Assembly: GCA_950072105.1 (NCBI GenBank)
Contig: CATMOE010000022.1
Coordinates: 1 to 51,462, forward strand
From: an uncultured Dehalococcoidia bacterium
GTDB taxonomy: Bacteria > Chloroflexota > Dehalococcoidia > Lucifugimonadales > UBA3495
Length of the DNA stretch: 51,462 bases
Direction: 5' to 3'
Below are positions 9,492 through 19,338 of the stretch, one piece after another; the stretch's first letter is position 1; each line of letters begins with the position of its first letter. The position numbers and the translations under genes were made by a program. The notes under the pieces were generated by a model that was not told where the DNA came from, searched no databases, and worked only from the letters and a program-made list of their open reading frames with translations.

Positions 9492-10837
9492 TTTGCGGTA
9501 GCCCCGCTTTCAATGTGATCTAATCTGACTTGGATGGCGCTGGCATGTCCCGCCAACCCCTCGGCGTTGGCGATCTGCACCGCCGAAGGACCGAGGCGCT
9601 GGAAGTCCGATCTACTAAGTCCCACCACGGGCATGCGGCGCAGGAACTGGTGCACGCTGAGGGCCGAACTGTACCGGGCGGTCCCTCCGGTGGGCATTAC
9701 GTGGCTAGGTCCGGCGATGTAGTCGCCCATCACCTCGGGGGAAAACTCGCCCAAGAACAGGCCGCCGGCGTGCCTTATCTTATCCGTCCAGGACCATGGG
9801 TCGGCAACCATCAGGCAAAGGTGCTCGGGGGCGATGTTGTTGACCAGGTCGGCGGCTTGGTCTAATGATTCGACCAGAACTACGCGGCCCCGGCGTTCCA
9901 AAGCGCTGCGGGCCATCTCGCCCCTGGGTTGTGAGGCCAGCATGGTTTCCAGTTCTGTGTTCACCTGATCGACCAGGGATTGGGAGTCGGTCACCAGGAT
10001 GGCCGTGGCCATGGGGTCATGCTCCGCCTGGCCGATGAGGTCGGCGGCGCAGAAGATTGGACTGGCGGTTTCGTCGGCGACGACGATGGTCTCCGTGGGG
10101 CCGAATACGCCGTCGATGCCAACCTGCCCTTGTACCAGGTTCTTGGCCAAGCCGACGAACAGGTTGCCGGGCCCGCAGATCTTGTCTACTTTGGCGATGG
10201 AATCGGTCCCGTAGGCCATGGCTCCGATGGCCGGAACGCCGCCGACCTGGTAGATGGCATCCACCCCGGCGATCTCCGCCGCCACTAATACGGCCGGGTT
10301 AAGCGGCTCTTTACCGCGGCGCGGCGTGGCAAGAATAATCTCTTTGACACCGGCGACCCTGGCGGGGACGGCGGTCATCAGCACGGTGGAGGGATAGGCG
10401 GCGGTCCCTCCGGGAGCGTAGAGGCCCACTCGGTCCAGGGGCCGAATCAGTTCACCCAACCCTTTGGTCTCGTCCAACCAATCCGATGGCATAACCGCTT
10501 CATGAAACTCTTTTACCCGTTGAGCGGCTAGTTCCAACGAACTGCGCAGCTCATCGGAGACAACGGCGCGGGCTTGGTCCATCTGGGCGGGGCTGACCAG
10601 GAAATCTTGCAGGTCGATGTCATCCAGCATCTTGGCGTAATGGCGCACTGCAGCGTCGCCGCTCGCCCGGACATCCCGCAATATGCGGATGACCGACTCC
10701 TCGGGCGTGACACCTTCGCCGAAGATGCGGCGGGTTTGGGCCAGCACCGAATCGGGCAGGCCGCTAAAGTCCAAGGGGTCGAGGCGGGTGAGAATCTCCT
10801 CCGCGCCGTCCACCCCTTTAATCAGCTTAAGTTCCAC
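9488..10837 (-). CDS. hisD: Histidinol dehydrogenase
   Basis: PGGTAAYPS, GPGNLFV, QAEHD, APEHL, GDYIAGPSHVMPT. Confidence 0.96.
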   Translation of the reverse strand: MELKLIKGVDGAEEILTRLDPLDFSGLPDSVLAQTRRIFGEGVTPEESVIRILRDVRASGDAAVRHYAKMLDDIDLQDFLVSPAQMDQARAVVSDELRSSLELAAQRVKEFHEAVMPSDWLDETKGLGELIRPLDRVGLYAPGGTAAYPSTVLMTAVPARVAGVKEIILATPRRGKEPLNPAVLVAAEIAGVDAIYQVGGVPAIGAMAYGTDSIAKVDKICGPGNLFVGLAKNLVQGQVGIDGVFGPTETIVVADETASPIFCAADLIGQAEHDPMATAILVTDSQSLVDQVNTELETMLASQPRGEMARSALERRGRVVLVESLDQAADLVNNIAPEHLCLMVADPWSWTDKIRHAGGLFLGEFSPEVMGDYIAGPSHVMPTGGTARYSSALSVHQFLRRMPVVGLSRSDFQRLGPSAVQIANAEGLAGHASAIQVRLDHIESGATAK

Positions 10838-11596
10838 TTATATACTCCCCATATATTCGCGAGCGTGGGAAACCGTCTGGGCTAGGACTTGGGCCTGGTA
10901 GGTTTCTAGCCGCTCTTCGGGAATCTTCTCATATATCCGTTCCAAACTGTAGGGCATTTCTTGGAGGAACTTGTCCACGGTTTGCTGCACTTCGTCGTTG
11001 TCGCGGTACATGCGGTTCATCGCCCGTTTTAGCCGGTCCCAGGTAAAGTCCCAGCCCATGAACCGTCCTACCCACTCTCGCCATTCCTGGAGAACTTCCG
11101 CTTCCAGAAACTCGACGCCCACGCTTTGGTCGGAGCAAACGATGGCTTCGGCGGCTTGATGCAGTCCGTCCATGGCGGTAAAGGTCTTGCGGTCCAGCTC
11201 CAGTTGCAAGGCCCGGTCCCACATATTGGCCTCCACTTCGTCGCGGGCAACATTGCTTTCGCCGTCGAAGTAAGTCCGGTACATCGTCGTGATCCAAACT
11301 TCGTCGGCCACCAAGTGGCTGATGTAGCCCAAAATAAAGGCCCGGGTAGCCGGCGTTTGGTTGCCGGGATCGGCCAGGTCCGGGTAGCTCTCCAGCATGG
11401 TGTGGATGCCGGTGCCCACCGATTCCACCGATAATGGAGCGAAATGGGTCTGTTCACGAGGCCATCCGGTCATTGCGCGGATGTCCGGGGTCGTGGAACC
11501 GAGGTAGAAGCTCCCGACGTGGTCATAGATGCTACCCCAGTCCAATTGCCGGGCGGACTGATTGGCCAGATATATGTGCATCGGCAGATTGGGCAT
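10838..11596 (-). CDS. Zinc-dependent phospholipase C/P1-nuclease-fold-like protein
   Basis: N-terminal MP....H, GSTTPD, THF, GYISHLVADEVW metal-ligand pattern; abuts hisG and hisD. Confidence 0.65.
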   Translation of the reverse strand: MPNLPMHIYLANQSARQLDWGSIYDHVGSFYLGSTTPDIRAMTGWPREQTHFAPLSVESVGTGIHTMLESYPDLADPGNQTPATRAFILGYISHLVADEVWITTMYRTYFDGESNVARDEVEANMWDRALQLELDRKTFTAMDGLHQAAEAIVCSDQSVGVEFLEAEVLQEWREWVGRFMGWDFTWDRLKRAMNRMYRDNDEVQQTVDKFLQEMPYSLERIYEKIPEERLETYQAQVLAQTVSHAREYMGSI

Positions 11597-11599
11597 ACC

Positions 11600-12628
11600 C
11601 TAGCACTCCCCGCCGGATTGCCCGTTTTCGAACAGGTTGTGGTAGGCCGTCGAGAAACCATTGAACAGATAGGTAACCTGGGAGGCGGCGATGTCTACGG
11701 CGCCGCAGCTCCGTAAGTGATCCACTGCTTCCAAAAGCTGGTTCTTTTTGATGAGCAGGCTGACGCTATACCAGTCCTGTTCCTCAACGTTGTACACCCT
11801 GGCGATGGTCGGTCCCCGCAGCCCCGCCAGGTCCGGGCGCGCCAAGACGGTGCCGCTGACTTCCTGGGGAGAGGTGCCCTGAACGTTGGCCGTGACTCGG
11901 AAAAAGGGCTCGGCCCGGAGATGTGCTTCCATAACTTCCATTATGGAGCGGGCAAGTTTCAAACATGTTTTGGATCGCTTGAGCAGATCAATATTTCCGA
12001 TGAGGCAGGCCTGGGAAACCAATATCGTGCCCTCTTCCAGGATCTTGAGTTGGTTTTCCCGCAAAGTCGTGCCGGTGGCGGTGATGTCGGCGATCAGGTC
12101 GGCATACCCAGCGGCGGGAGCGGCTTCCATAGTGCCGCTGGCCGGAACCAGAGTGAAGTAGTTGATGCCCCGGTCAAACAGGTAATGACGTAGCAAGCGC
12201 GGGTACTTGGTAGCGATCCGCAGTTGTTTCCCTTGCTGACGAAACTCCAAGGCCAGGTCTGCCAAGTCGGCCACCGATGTCACATCCAGCCAAGAGTTTG
12301 GGACGGCCAGAACAAAGTCGCATTGCCCATAGCGAAGATCGTTTATCAGAGCGGCCACGGTGTGATCGTCGTGACGGTATTCCAGCAATCGGTCCAGTCC
12401 GGTGACACCCAACTCGGCGCTGCCCTCCTCGACCTTTTCGGTAATGTCGGCGGTTCTTTGGAACAGAACTTCAACGCCGGAAAGCGCTGGGATGGTGCCG
12501 GTGTAGCGTCGGCTGTTTGGACGCAGGACGGATAGACCGCAAGCGCCGAAAAAATTCAAGGTCGGCTCGTGCAGGGCTCCGTCGCTGGGCAGGACCAGGC
12601 GCAAAGTCGTTTCTTCTTCGGCTGTCAT
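11600..12628 (-). CDS. hisG: ATP phosphoribosyltransferase, long form
   Basis: IATKYP, SGTMEAAP..G.ADLIADITATGTTLRENQL, C-terminal GPTI regulatory domain. Confidence 0.95.
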   Translation of the reverse strand: MTAEEETTLRLVLPSDGALHEPTLNFFGACGLSVLRPNSRRYTGTIPALSGVEVLFQRTADITEKVEEGSAELGVTGLDRLLEYRHDDHTVAALINDLRYGQCDFVLAVPNSWLDVTSVADLADLALEFRQQGKQLRIATKYPRLLRHYLFDRGINYFTLVPASGTMEAAPAAGYADLIADITATGTTLRENQLKILEEGTILVSQACLIGNIDLLKRSKTCLKLARSIMEVMEAHLRAEPFFRVTANVQGTSPQEVSGTVLARPDLAGLRGPTIARVYNVEEQDWYSVSLLIKKNQLLEAVDHLRSCGAVDIAASQVTYLFNGFSTAYHNLFENGQSGGEC

Positions 12629-12631
12629 TGT

Positions 12632-14071
12632 TTACCGCTGTCTCGATCTGGTGTCGTGGGCGGTCTGCTGACCGTCCCGGTTGACGACGATGACTTGGGC
12701 TATGCCCATCTTGCGGGCATAGTCTAAACCTTGGCTTAGGTCCCGGCCGCATACGTCAAGCTCGGTTTGGACGCCCTGTTGGCGCAGGTCAGCGGCGGCT
12801 TGCAGCGCTGGCCGGTAGCTTTCGGAGTCCCATGCCATCACCAGCGCGCCGTCCGCTTCCGATGCGCCGCCTTTCCCGTTGTCCGAACCTTCGGTTACCG
12901 CCAGCAGGGATTCCAGAGTATAAGCGAACCCTAGGGCGGGCAGAGGATCTGGGCTTCCTAAGGCCCGAGCCAACCCGTCGTAACGGCCGCCACCGGCCAA
13001 GGGCGTGGCGCATCGAGGGTGAGTGACCTCAAATACCAGCCCGTTGTAGTAGGCCAGGCCGCGAACCAGCCCTAGGTCTACCACCAAGCTCTGAGCGACG
13101 CCGGGCTCGGATCGGACGAGATTAAGGAACTCCTCAAACCGGTCAACGGCGGCCATGTTGGCGCCGGCTGCGGTTACCACAGCGCGTAGGGCGGCCACCG
13201 ACGCGGCGGGGTCCCCGCTGATTCCGGCCAAGTCGCTGATTAGGTTCAGCGCTTTTTCCAAGACGGCAAGGTCGTCGCCGCCTCTTAGCTTTCGGAGCAA
13301 ACGTTCCACGACTTCATCAGGGTCCCGTTGCCCGAATTGGTCGGCCGCCGTCCAGTTGAGCAGACCATGCAAGACTTTGCGAGATTGCGTGTCGTCCAAT
13401 CCCTGTATCGCTTGGCTCAGAGCATCGTCCGGAGCTTCTTCGACCGCCAGGTGCAGATGCCGGGCCCTTTCCAGAACTCCCGGTACAGCCTTACGGCCTT
13501 CCTTAAGTTGGGGCACGCTTTCGATTATGAAGGTACGGGCTCTCTCCGATACCCCTACCGCGTCCAAAACGCTGTGTACCACGTCCAGGTCGGCGACGCG
13601 TATCTGATAGCCAGACAACCCCAGTTGAAAAGGGACATGGGATGCCAGGCCTAGAAGCTCCACGTCGGACATCACGCTGGAAGAACCCAAAAGCTCGGCG
13701 CCGACTTGGGTGAACTGGCCGCTGCCTTGGCCGCCTTTGTCATAGCGAAACACCGGACCGGCGTATTGCCAGCGGGCGGGAAGGGCTACGTCCTGGGCGT
13801 GTTCTAAGTAATGGCGGACTATCGGTGAGGTAAACTCGGGGCGGAGGCTAACGGAGTTGCTGCCGGCGTCGGTGAAGCTGTACATCCGGGAGGTCAGTTC
13901 ACCGCCGGATTTGCGGAGAAACAGCTCGGTAGATTCTAGGATAGGCGTTTCCAGGTAGCGGTAGCCGTAGCTACCGATCAACTGCACCAGGCGGTCCTGG
14001 AGGTTTCGTTTCCGTAACCAGAAATCCTGGGGAGTGTCGTGCATTCCCCGGAGGCGCGTGACCGATTTCAT
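12632..14071 (-). CDS. hisZ: HisZ / histidyl-tRNA-synthetase-like protein
   Basis: LRPEFT, VFRYD..GQFTQVGAE, RGLAYY, GGGRYDGL; motif-3 region GFAYTLESL lacks the usual HisRS GxER Arg; first gene of the his operon. Confidence 0.7.
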   Translation of the reverse strand: MKSVTRLRGMHDTPQDFWLRKRNLQDRLVQLIGSYGYRYLETPILESTELFLRKSGGELTSRMYSFTDAGSNSVSLRPEFTSPIVRHYLEHAQDVALPARWQYAGPVFRYDKGGQGSGQFTQVGAELLGSSSVMSDVELLGLASHVPFQLGLSGYQIRVADLDVVHSVLDAVGVSERARTFIIESVPQLKEGRKAVPGVLERARHLHLAVEEAPDDALSQAIQGLDDTQSRKVLHGLLNWTAADQFGQRDPDEVVERLLRKLRGGDDLAVLEKALNLISDLAGISGDPAASVAALRAVVTAAGANMAAVDRFEEFLNLVRSEPGVAQSLVVDLGLVRGLAYYNGLVFEVTHPRCATPLAGGGRYDGLARALGSPDPLPALGFAYTLESLLAVTEGSDNGKGGASEADGALVMAWDSESYRPALQAAADLRQQGVQTELDVCGRDLSQGLDYARKMGIAQVIVVNRDGQQTAHDTRSRQR

Positions 14072-14109
14072 CAGAAGATATACTCATCATCAATTGAGGG
14101 CTGGAGGCT

Positions 14110-14138
14110 ATTGTACAGCAGCGCTTTGGGTGGTTCAA
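14110..14138 (-). promoter_or_regulatory. Sigma70-type promoter of the his operon
   Basis: TTGAAC-N17-TACAAT about 40 bp upstream of the ATG. Confidence 0.6.
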
Positions 14139-14184
14139 CTTGAACACGGGTCGTGAATCTGCGGGAATCGCTTACTGCCGGTAG

Positions 14185-14241
14185 TCCCCTCTCCTGCCGG
14201 GAGAGAGGAGGCCTACGATGAAATCGGAGGCGGGGTGAGGG
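14185..14241. repeat. REP-like palindromic element
   Basis: TCCCCTCTCCTGCCGGGAGAGAGG...GGGGTGAGGG, inverted relative of the 2500-2556 element. Confidence 0.6.
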
Positions 14242-14255
14242 TTAGTCAAACTTAG

Positions 14256-15020
14256 CTACGGATGTGCGTTGAGTCCACCGTCCACGTAGACCGCCTGACC
14301 CGTGGTGTAGTCGCAGGATTCGGAGCAAAGGTATACCAGTAGGGGGCCGATATCCCTGGGATGGCCCTTGCGGCGCAATGGGGTGTACCTCACCAGTAGC
14401 TCTTCCCGCTGCTTTTCCAGCGGTATCTCTTCGGCGGTGGTCCAACCGGTGCCTAGGGCGTTGACCCGGATGTTGTGGCGTCCCCACTCCACCGCCAACG
14501 ACCTGGTCAAGGATAATATCCCTGCCTGACTGGCCGCGAAAGCCGAAGTGTTGATCATTCCCCGTTCCGCCAGTCCGGATATCAGATTGACGATTCTGCC
14601 GTACTGCCTTTCTACCATTCGGCGGCCCACTGCTTGGGTGATTAGAAAGGTCCCACGAAGGTTTCGGGATTGGACCTCGTCCCATTCCTCCAAAGTTATT
14701 TCATCGACGGGTTTAGCGAACATGCTCTGGGCATCGTTGACGAGTATGTCCACGGGGCTGCCGTGGTTGTCGAAGGCTTCCATAGCCTGGGCCAATCCGG
14801 GCTGGGTGGCCAGGTTTGCCACCACGCCATCCAGGTTGGCGAAGGACTCTCTCTCCAACGCCGCCAGTACTTTATCCAAATAGGTTTGGCGCCGGGCTAC
14901 GGTAAACACCGACGCTCCGGCTTCGGACAGAGCCATGGCTAGGTAGGGAGCTTGGTCGCCGCCGGAGGTCGCAAGTATGGCCACCTTGCCGGACAGGTCG
15001 TATTCAGGGAGAAGGGGCAT
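14256..15020 (-). CDS. Atypical short-chain dehydrogenase/reductase (degenerate motifs)
   Basis: SDR fold (GRIVN, IRVNAL, TGQAVYVDGG) but ATSGGDQA instead of TGxxxGxG and FAASQ instead of YxxxK. Confidence 0.8.
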   Translation of the reverse strand: MPLLPEYDLSGKVAILATSGGDQAPYLAMALSEAGASVFTVARRQTYLDKVLAALERESFANLDGVVANLATQPGLAQAMEAFDNHGSPVDILVNDAQSMFAKPVDEITLEEWDEVQSRNLRGTFLITQAVGRRMVERQYGRIVNLISGLAERGMINTSAFAASQAGILSLTRSLAVEWGRHNIRVNALGTGWTTAEEIPLEKQREELLVRYTPLRRKGHPRDIGPLLVYLCSESCDYTTGQAVYVDGGLNAHP

Positions 15021-15042
15021 CAGTGTTTCCTGCGGATAATAT

Positions 15043-15852
15043 TCACGGTTCCAGGGCGACTAATGGCGAGTGGCCGGTGGGAGCCAGCCCGGCTGCCAGA
15101 CCGCCGCCGTCGGCGAAGAACATCTCTCCGGTCATGTAGTCCGAGGCTTCCGAGGACAGGAAAACGGCGATCGGGCCCAGATCCTCAGGGCGCCCCAGCT
15201 TTCCGATGGGTAGATAGTCGCCCGACCGGGGTAATGTGCCTCGGATGTCGGATTCGGTTGACGAAGTGGGAATGAATCCAGGGACGATGGTGTTGGCAGT
15301 GATGCCGAACCTGGCTAGATTGAAGGACAGCACGCGGGTCAGTTGGATCAGACCACCTTTGCTGCAGCAGTACATGTAGATATCCCGCCCGGCCCTCAAG
15401 CCAAACCCGGACGCGATGTTGACGATCTTGCCTTTGCCCCGCTCCGACATGGGCCGGGATACCGCTCTTGAGCAATAGAACGGGCCGGTCAGGTTGACGT
15501 CCATCACCAAATGCCATTCGTCATCGGTGATGTCCCACAAGGGTTTGCTGACGTTTTCTTGCACCGCGCCGGCATTGTTGATCAGCACGTCGACCTGTCC
15601 GAAGTGGTCGATGGTAGTAGCGACTAGGCGGTCGACTTGCGCTGAGTCGGTCACGTCGGTAGGTAAGGCGATGGCATCTCTGCCTAACGCCACGACTTCC
15701 GACGCCGCGTCGTCTATCGGGCCCGGGCGGCGGCCGGCAATGGCAAGATTGGCCCCGGCCCGGGCCAGCGCCCGGACCATGGCTAGGCCCAATCCGGTTC
15801 CACCACCGGTGATGATTATTGTTTTTCCATCCAGGCTTAGTCTGTCAAGCAT
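15043..15852 (-). CDS. Short-chain dehydrogenase/reductase
   Basis: TGGGTGLG, NNAG, YCCSK; start ATG 15852. Confidence 0.9.
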   Translation of the reverse strand: MLDRLSLDGKTIIITGGGTGLGLAMVRALARAGANLAIAGRRPGPIDDAASEVVALGRDAIALPTDVTDSAQVDRLVATTIDHFGQVDVLINNAGAVQENVSKPLWDITDDEWHLVMDVNLTGPFYCSRAVSRPMSERGKGKIVNIASGFGLRAGRDIYMYCCSKGGLIQLTRVLSFNLARFGITANTIVPGFIPTSSTESDIRGTLPRSGDYLPIGKLGRPEDLGPIAVFLSSEASDYMTGEMFFADGGGLAAGLAPTGHSPLVALEP

Positions 15853-15902
15853 GGCGTTCCTATTTGTTGTGTACTGCGCCAACCATTGTGTTTGGCTCCG
15901 TT

Positions 15903-15979
15903 TCACCCCCATCCTAACCTTCCCCCGTAAAGGGGGAAGGGACTTATTCTCTCCCCTTGACGGAAGTTAGAGTGGGGGA
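15903..15979. repeat. REP-like palindromic element
   Basis: TCACCCCCATCCTAACCTTCCCCC-GTAAA-GGGGGAAGGGA plus a partial inverted copy. Confidence 0.6.
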
Positions 15980-15992
15980 ATCTCGCTATGGG

Positions 15993-16778
15993 CTAGGCCC
16001 CCGGGCCGTTAAGCGATACGTCGCCGGCAGTCATTGTAACCAGGTTACCGTCGTCCAGACGCAGCAACAAGTTGCCGGTCGAATCCACTCCTTCAGCCCG
16101 GCCCACCCAGGTTTCGTCCCGCCAAGTCACCTGAATCCTTTGGCCCAGTGTTTCCAGTAGAGCTTGCCACTCGGGCTGAGGCGACTTTCCGGCGGCGGAT
16201 TGCAGATACAGCGAGTCCAAGTCCATCAGCAATTGGCGGAGCACGCCGGCCCGGGCAACGGTTCGCCCAGCGGCCTGTTCCAATCCGGTGGCCTGCCCAT
16301 TCAGAGCCGCGATCTGGGCATCACCTAAAGTTATGTTAATCCCGATGCCGACGACAGAATAGCATACCTCTGAACCCTCAGCCACGGTCTCAACCAATAT
16401 GCCGGCGACTTTCTTGCCGCCGACCAATACGTCGTTGGGCCACTTGATTCTGGGGGAGAGGCCGGTGGTTTTTCGGATGGCGCGGACCACGGCAACCCCG
16501 GCAACCACGTTCAATTGGGCCAGCAGAGAAGGAGTGGGGCGGAACACTACCGATAGGTACAGATTGCCCGTTGTTGATACCCAAGTCCGGCCGAATCGGC
16601 CCCGTCCGGCGTGCTGGATCTCGGCCACAACCACGGTCCCTTCTTCGGCCCCGTCTTCTGCCTGACGGGCGGCCTCGTCCATGGTGGAAGATAGCTCTTG
16701 AAAATACAGGATGCGCTTGCCGACCGTCCTGGTAAACAGACCGCTGCGCAAAGCCGCCGACACTGGATTGGTTGACAT
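15993..16778 (-). CDS. birA: Biotin--[acetyl-CoA-carboxylase] ligase (no N-terminal HTH)
   Basis: STMD, QHAGRGRFGRTW, KWPND, KKVAGIL, VGIGIN. Confidence 0.95.
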   Translation of the reverse strand: MSTNPVSAALRSGLFTRTVGKRILYFQELSSTMDEAARQAEDGAEEGTVVVAEIQHAGRGRFGRTWVSTTGNLYLSVVFRPTPSLLAQLNVVAGVAVVRAIRKTTGLSPRIKWPNDVLVGGKKVAGILVETVAEGSEVCYSVVGIGINITLGDAQIAALNGQATGLEQAAGRTVARAGVLRQLLMDLDSLYLQSAAGKSPQPEWQALLETLGQRIQVTWRDETWVGRAEGVDSTGNLLLRLDDGNLVTMTAGDVSLNGPGA

Positions 16779-17065
16779 GGACGGGAAGCGTCCTAATGAT
16801 TGAGGTGGGGGAAGACCGGTCATGGGAACCGATGCGATGATACCCAGCCTCGAACGAGGGTGTCAACTCAGGTGGTATATCCCCTATGGAGAGTGGAGAT
16901 GGGTTTGCCCATTTAGTCAGGGGTGGAGATACCCTGGCGGCTTTGGAGACCCTGACATTACATTGGTAACGGATGCTAGGAATCCGCCTTGTTCCGGATG
17001 GCTGGTTATCGCGTGGGACTGAACCGCGCATACCGGCTGGTTTAGGGACATCGAAGCGGCATGGC

Positions 17066-17920
17066 ATGAGGGAGGAGAAGGTTTTGGACGACGCGAACAA
17101 CAAGGTAGGGAACCCGAGCCACGGACCATTGGCATTGTCCTGGGACACGCTGCCCGAGTTGGCCAAGAACCGCTGGGAAGAAGCGGTCGCCTTCGACGTG
17201 ACGATTGAAAATCAATTGGCCAAGGCCAAGGCCGACCGTTCGCTGGCGGAATCCGAACGCCAAAGGATCGCCAAGGAGATTCTAGACGCCACCAAAGACG
17301 TCTGCAAAGAAATAATCACCGATGGGAAGCGGGCATTGAACCGCGCCAAGACCATGGAGGCCGAGGCGCACAATAAGCACAGCGACAGCCAAGCTGAGTT
17401 GGAGCAGGCGCGGACCATCAGGGCTGAAGCGGAAGGCTACCGGGACAAGATAATAGCCGAAGCGGACCAAGAAGCGAGAGATTTTTTGAACCAGGCTATG
17501 TCGGTCACTGAGAAGGAGTGCTTGGAACTAAGAGAGCAAGCGACTCAAGAGGCCAAGCGGATCTTGGGGCAAGTGGAAATCATGCGGGCAGCGGTTCAAG
17601 AAGAATTGGAAACCCAGAAGATCTACTCCGACGCGGCCCGGATCAAGGCCAGTTCCCATGAATTATTGTCAAAGCTGCGGGAGATGACCAGTGACGACGA
17701 ATCCCTGTTTGAGCACGAAACAGGAGAAGAGCCATCCGGCATCGAAGTGATTGAAGATCAGGGCTCCAGCGCCTCGGAAGAAATCTCGATGGTGGAAATA
17801 GTATCGTCCCAGGAGTACGGGCCGGAATCGGATACCCCGGTTTTGAACAAACCGGCCGTTGGCGCTGGTGAAGGTCGTAACGGAAAGAAGCCGTCCCGTC
17901 GAACCGCCGCGGCAAAGTGA
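17066..17920 (+). CDS. Coiled-coil protein of unknown function (loosely DivIVA-like composition)
   Basis: Long A/E/K/R heptad region and acidic tail; start ATG 17066 or TTG 17084 after GGAGGAG. Confidence 0.65.
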   Translation: MREEKVLDDANNKVGNPSHGPLALSWDTLPELAKNRWEEAVAFDVTIENQLAKAKADRSLAESERQRIAKEILDATKDVCKEIITDGKRALNRAKTMEAEAHNKHSDSQAELEQARTIRAEAEGYRDKIIAEADQEARDFLNQAMSVTEKECLELREQATQEAKRILGQVEIMRAAVQEELETQKIYSDAARIKASSHELLSKLREMTSDDESLFEHETGEEPSGIEVIEDQGSSASEEISMVEIVSSQEYGPESDTPVLNKPAVGAGEGRNGKKPSRRTAAAK

Positions 17921-18449
17921 CCATATCTCCGGCCGGGCGCCGGTGATTCGCTGTTAAATGGGCTACCCTAATCTAACCCTCCCTTTTCCGGGGAGGGTTA
18001 TTTTTTGGCTTAACCTAAACACGCAGCCGACGCTGAATCGAGCGGCGTTTACGGCAGCGAATAGCATGAGTGGGAACCAACCGATGTGGAGTTCACTGAT
18101 AGTGTCCGCATTCGAAACCGCGACGCCAAGGACGGCCACGAAGTAATAGGCGAGCGCCGCGGCACTCAAACCGATCATGATCCAACCCAGTTGGTCTGTA
18201 TCGCCTAAGCCTCTCCCCAAGGGAACCTAGTTTCGACTTACTTTGAGCCTCATCGGGAACTGCTACTCTTGTGGGCAGGTCCAGAAATAGCCGCGCCCGA
18301 CGCTAGAGTAGAGTCGAGACCAGCCGCTGCAGGCACGTTCCCGAAGAATATCCCACAATTCAGCTCTTTGCTAATTTGATGGCGGCCCGCCGATTATTGT
18401 CACCGCCCACGGTAATGGTTAATATGTCTGTCAACGCATAGGCAGGTGA

Positions 18450-19226
18450 TTGAGTTTGACGACATTAGATTGGCTGGACGATGGTAATAAGGAAGGCGGG
18501 GTGGCCGAGCGCCAATTTGTCATTAAAGGTGGCAAAGTTCCGGTCCCAGGGATCATTTGGATCCCGGATCCGGTTGAAGCTCCCGTACCTTTGGTGCTGT
18601 TTGGTCACGGGGGTAACGGCCACAAGCGTAACGACCGGTCGTTGATGTTAGGGCGGAGACTTGCCGGCGTTTCCCGGTTTGCGGTGGTCGCGATCGACGG
18701 GCCAACTCATGGGGACCGGGCGCATCCCCGGTCGGTATCGGAGGGCGTGGACCCAATGGAGGTTCTGGCGGACATCGGTGTGGATACAGCCCTTGATGGC
18801 ATGGTCGAAGACTGGTGCGCCACGCTGGACCATGTTATCGAGTGTGACTTTATCAACCCAGATCAGGTAGCTTACGTAGGGTTCTCGATGGGGACTCGCT
18901 TCGGCATTCCCTTCGTCGCTGCTGCTGGTGATCGGCTTCGCTGCGCGGTCCTGGGCAAAAACGCCCTTGAACCGTCGGATAGATCCCGCATGGCCAATAG
19001 TCCAGGGCATCGGTTCAAGATTGACGCGCCAAAAATCAATATTCCAGTGCTGTTTCATATGCAATGGGACGATGAGTTGTTCTCCCGGGAGTCGCAATGC
19101 GACCTGTTTGACTTGATCGGCTCGGAAGACAAACGTCTGATCGCCTACCCCGGACCACACGGCAGGTCCACACCGGAGGCGGTCGACGCTTGGTGCCGAT
19201 TTGTGGAAGGGCATCTAAAATCTTAA
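18450..19226 (+). CDS. Alpha/beta hydrolase (dienelactone hydrolase-like)
   Basis: GHGG, GFSMG nucleophile elbow, WDDEL, PGPH. Confidence 0.85.
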   Translation: MSLTTLDWLDDGNKEGGVAERQFVIKGGKVPVPGIIWIPDPVEAPVPLVLFGHGGNGHKRNDRSLMLGRRLAGVSRFAVVAIDGPTHGDRAHPRSVSEGVDPMEVLADIGVDTALDGMVEDWCATLDHVIECDFINPDQVAYVGFSMGTRFGIPFVAAAGDRLRCAVLGKNALEPSDRSRMANSPGHRFKIDAPKINIPVLFHMQWDDELFSRESQCDLFDLIGSEDKRLIAYPGPHGRSTPEAVDAWCRFVEGHLKS

Positions 19227-19338
19227 TATGGCGATGCCCAAGCCCGGCTTCTCGGGGTTCGAGGAGTTGAAAACCCCTTCCCAGAGTTGATAAAAAACTT
19301 CGAACCAGCATCCACCAGGGAGCGGTTAAGCGAGATTT

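Noticed and set aside
17963..18220. 85-aa hydrophobic ORF
   Set aside because: No RBS or recognisable family, and it ends inside a REP-like element; at best a remnant
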